Source of the DNA: an uncultured Methanosarcinales archaeon
Lineage (GTDB): Archaea; Nanobdellota; Nanobdellia; Woesearchaeales; ARS49
Reading direction: 5' to 3'
Assembly (NCBI GenBank): GCA_964353335.1
Contig: CAYGVI010000003.1
Span: 263,085-327,084, forward strand
Length of the DNA stretch: 64,000 nt
The stretch's first letter is position 1. Every line of letters begins with the position of its first letter. The notes under the pieces were generated by a model. That model was given only the letters and a program-made list of their open reading frames with translations. It searched no databases and was not told the origin of the DNA. The translations under genes were made by a program, and so were the position numbers. Below are positions 63,015-64,000 of the stretch, one piece after another.

Positions 63015-63467
63015 GTGAAATGGAACATGTATGGAACTCGAGGACGTGGAGGAGATAGAGGCGGCTATGGCAGCGGAGACGGCGGCTATGGCGGCGGCGG
63101 AGGAGGAGGATATGGCGGAGGCTACAGTCGTGGCCCAAGCACTGCGCCAGTCAAGGTCGGCGACGAGCTCGAGGTAACAATCGAGGCAGTCGGCGAGAAG
63201 GGAGACGGTATTGCCAAGAAGGACGGATTCGTGCTGTTCATTCCCGGCGTAAAGCAGGGCGACAAGGTTCGCATCCGCATCACCAAGGTTCTGCGTAAGG
63301 TAGGATTTGCAGAAGTCGCCGGAAGCGGCGGTTCAGCAGCTCCGGCAGCAGAAGGGGAATCAGCAGAAGAGGCGCCTGCAGAGGCAGCCGCGGCAGCTCC
63401 TGCAGAGGCAGCTGAGGAATCTGCTGAGGACTCAGAAAGCTTTGGCGAGGAAAAAAGCGAGCAATAA
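63015..63467 (+). CDS. TRAM-domain protein with Gly/Tyr/Arg-rich (RGG-like) N-terminus and acidic Ala-rich C-terminal tail
   Basis: 150 aa; 'GTRGRGGDRGGYGSGDGGYGGGGGGGYGGGYSRG', then a TRAM core 'VKVGDELEVTIEAVGEKGDGIAKKDGFVLFIPGVKQGDKVRIRITKVLRKVGFAEV', then 'AEGESAEEAPAEAAAAAPAEAAEESAEDSE'. Confidence 0.65.
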   Translation: MKWNMYGTRGRGGDRGGYGSGDGGYGGGGGGGYGGGYSRGPSTAPVKVGDELEVTIEAVGEKGDGIAKKDGFVLFIPGVKQGDKVRIRITKVLRKVGFAEVAGSGGSAAPAAEGESAEEAPAEAAAAAPAEAAEESAEDSESFGEEKSEQ

Positions 63468-63573
63468 GCTCGTTTTTTTATTTTATTTTTTATTTTTATG
63501 TCGGAAATACGCAGTCTGAATTGGAGATTGTGCGTATTTCCGATCATGCTCGTAAATCTGGAGGATTGACGAC

Positions 63574-64000
63574 ATGCGCTTGTTCCTATCGTGCGAAATA
63601 CCAAAGGCGATTTCTGATTACATTAACGAATTGTCCAAGCAATTGCCCGAGGCAAAGCTTGTTGTTCCGCACAACATTGATTTGACAATAAAGTTCCTGG
63701 GCGAAGTGCCTGACGCAAAGCTTGATGAAATTAAGCAAAAGCTCTCGGAGATAAAGTTCAAGCCTTTCAAAGCCATGCTTAACGGCACTGGTGTTTTCAC
63801 AGAGGATTTTATCAGGGTTGCCTGGGTTGGCTTGACTCCTTCTGAGAAGTTTGAAGAGCTGCACGTAATCGCTGACAATGCCCTGAAAGGATTGTTCCCT
63901 GAGGAAAAGCGCTTCCAGGCGCATTTGACAATCGCCCGGGTGAAATACGTTGAGGACAAGCAGAAATTCCTCGGCGTCCTCAAGCTGATAAAGGTTGAGC
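63574..64000 (+). CDS. thpR: RNA 2',3'-cyclic phosphodiesterase / 2'-5' RNA ligase (ThpR/LigT, 2H family), 3'-truncated by the window end
   Basis: 'MRLFLSCEIP...PHNIDLTIKFLGEV' and 'AHLTIARV' give the two H-x-T-x motifs of 2H phosphoesterases; the ORF runs off the window. Confidence 0.6.
   Translation, partial: MRLFLSCEIPKAISDYINELSKQLPEAKLVVPHNIDLTIKFLGEVPDAKLDEIKQKLSEIKFKPFKAMLNGTGVFTEDFIRVAWVGLTPSEKFEELHVIADNALKGLFPEEKRFQAHLTIARVKYVEDKQKFLGVLKLIKVE

Noticed and set aside
1-64000. Search for tRNA/rRNA genes, CRISPR arrays and IS or transposase genes
   Set aside because: No intergenic segment shows a tRNA-like acceptor/T-arm pattern, direct-repeat/spacer periodicity, or transposase or integrase motifs. 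The intergenic regions are short apart from the origin region and the hairpin elements described above.

Overview
This window is an archaeal chromosomal segment. The informational genes are unmistakably archaeal: Orc1/Cdc6, a histone, TFE, Hjc, FEN-1, RFC small subunit, PAN, RadA, RPA, EndA, Rpp30, aPelota, L14e/L34e, and archaeal-type TyrRS and PheST. Coding density is high, and many stop/start codons overlap, indicating operons. No rRNA, tRNA, CRISPR array or transposase could be supported from the sequence.

The window has three parts:
- **1–33 kb:** housekeeping genes for replication, repair, tRNA processing and translation. An AT-rich candidate replication origin with ORB-like boxes lies beside orc1/cdc6. 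A five-gene envelope operon sits at 16.6–22.3 kb, followed by two odd Tyr/Asp/Asn-rich secreted proteins.
- **33.4–59 kb:** a roughly 25 kb accessory surface locus, the most unusual part of the window. It encodes at least 16 proteins with N-terminal class III (type-IV-pilin-like) signal peptides. These include three paralogous approximately 100-aa candidate major pilins with a conserved C-terminal CC motif, a 1,692-aa Cys-rich surface protein with thrombospondin-type-3-like repeats and a C-terminal membrane anchor, and a 1,053-aa (about 1,032 aa from the proposed start) class-III-signal giant. The locus also holds a membrane-anchored kinase-like protein, two small membrane proteins with EF-hand-like loops, and AbrB/PhoU-like and Lrp regulators. 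No pilus assembly ATPase, platform protein or prepilin peptidase is visible in the window, so this may be a previously undescribed pilus/adhesin supercluster, possibly for cell-cell or host attachment.
- **59–64 kb:** housekeeping genes again (RPA, RadA, a TRAM protein, ThpR).

A conserved multi-hairpin intergenic element occurs in two copies, at about 16.55 kb and 33.3 kb, with covarying stems. It may be a structured ncRNA or a miniature repeat.
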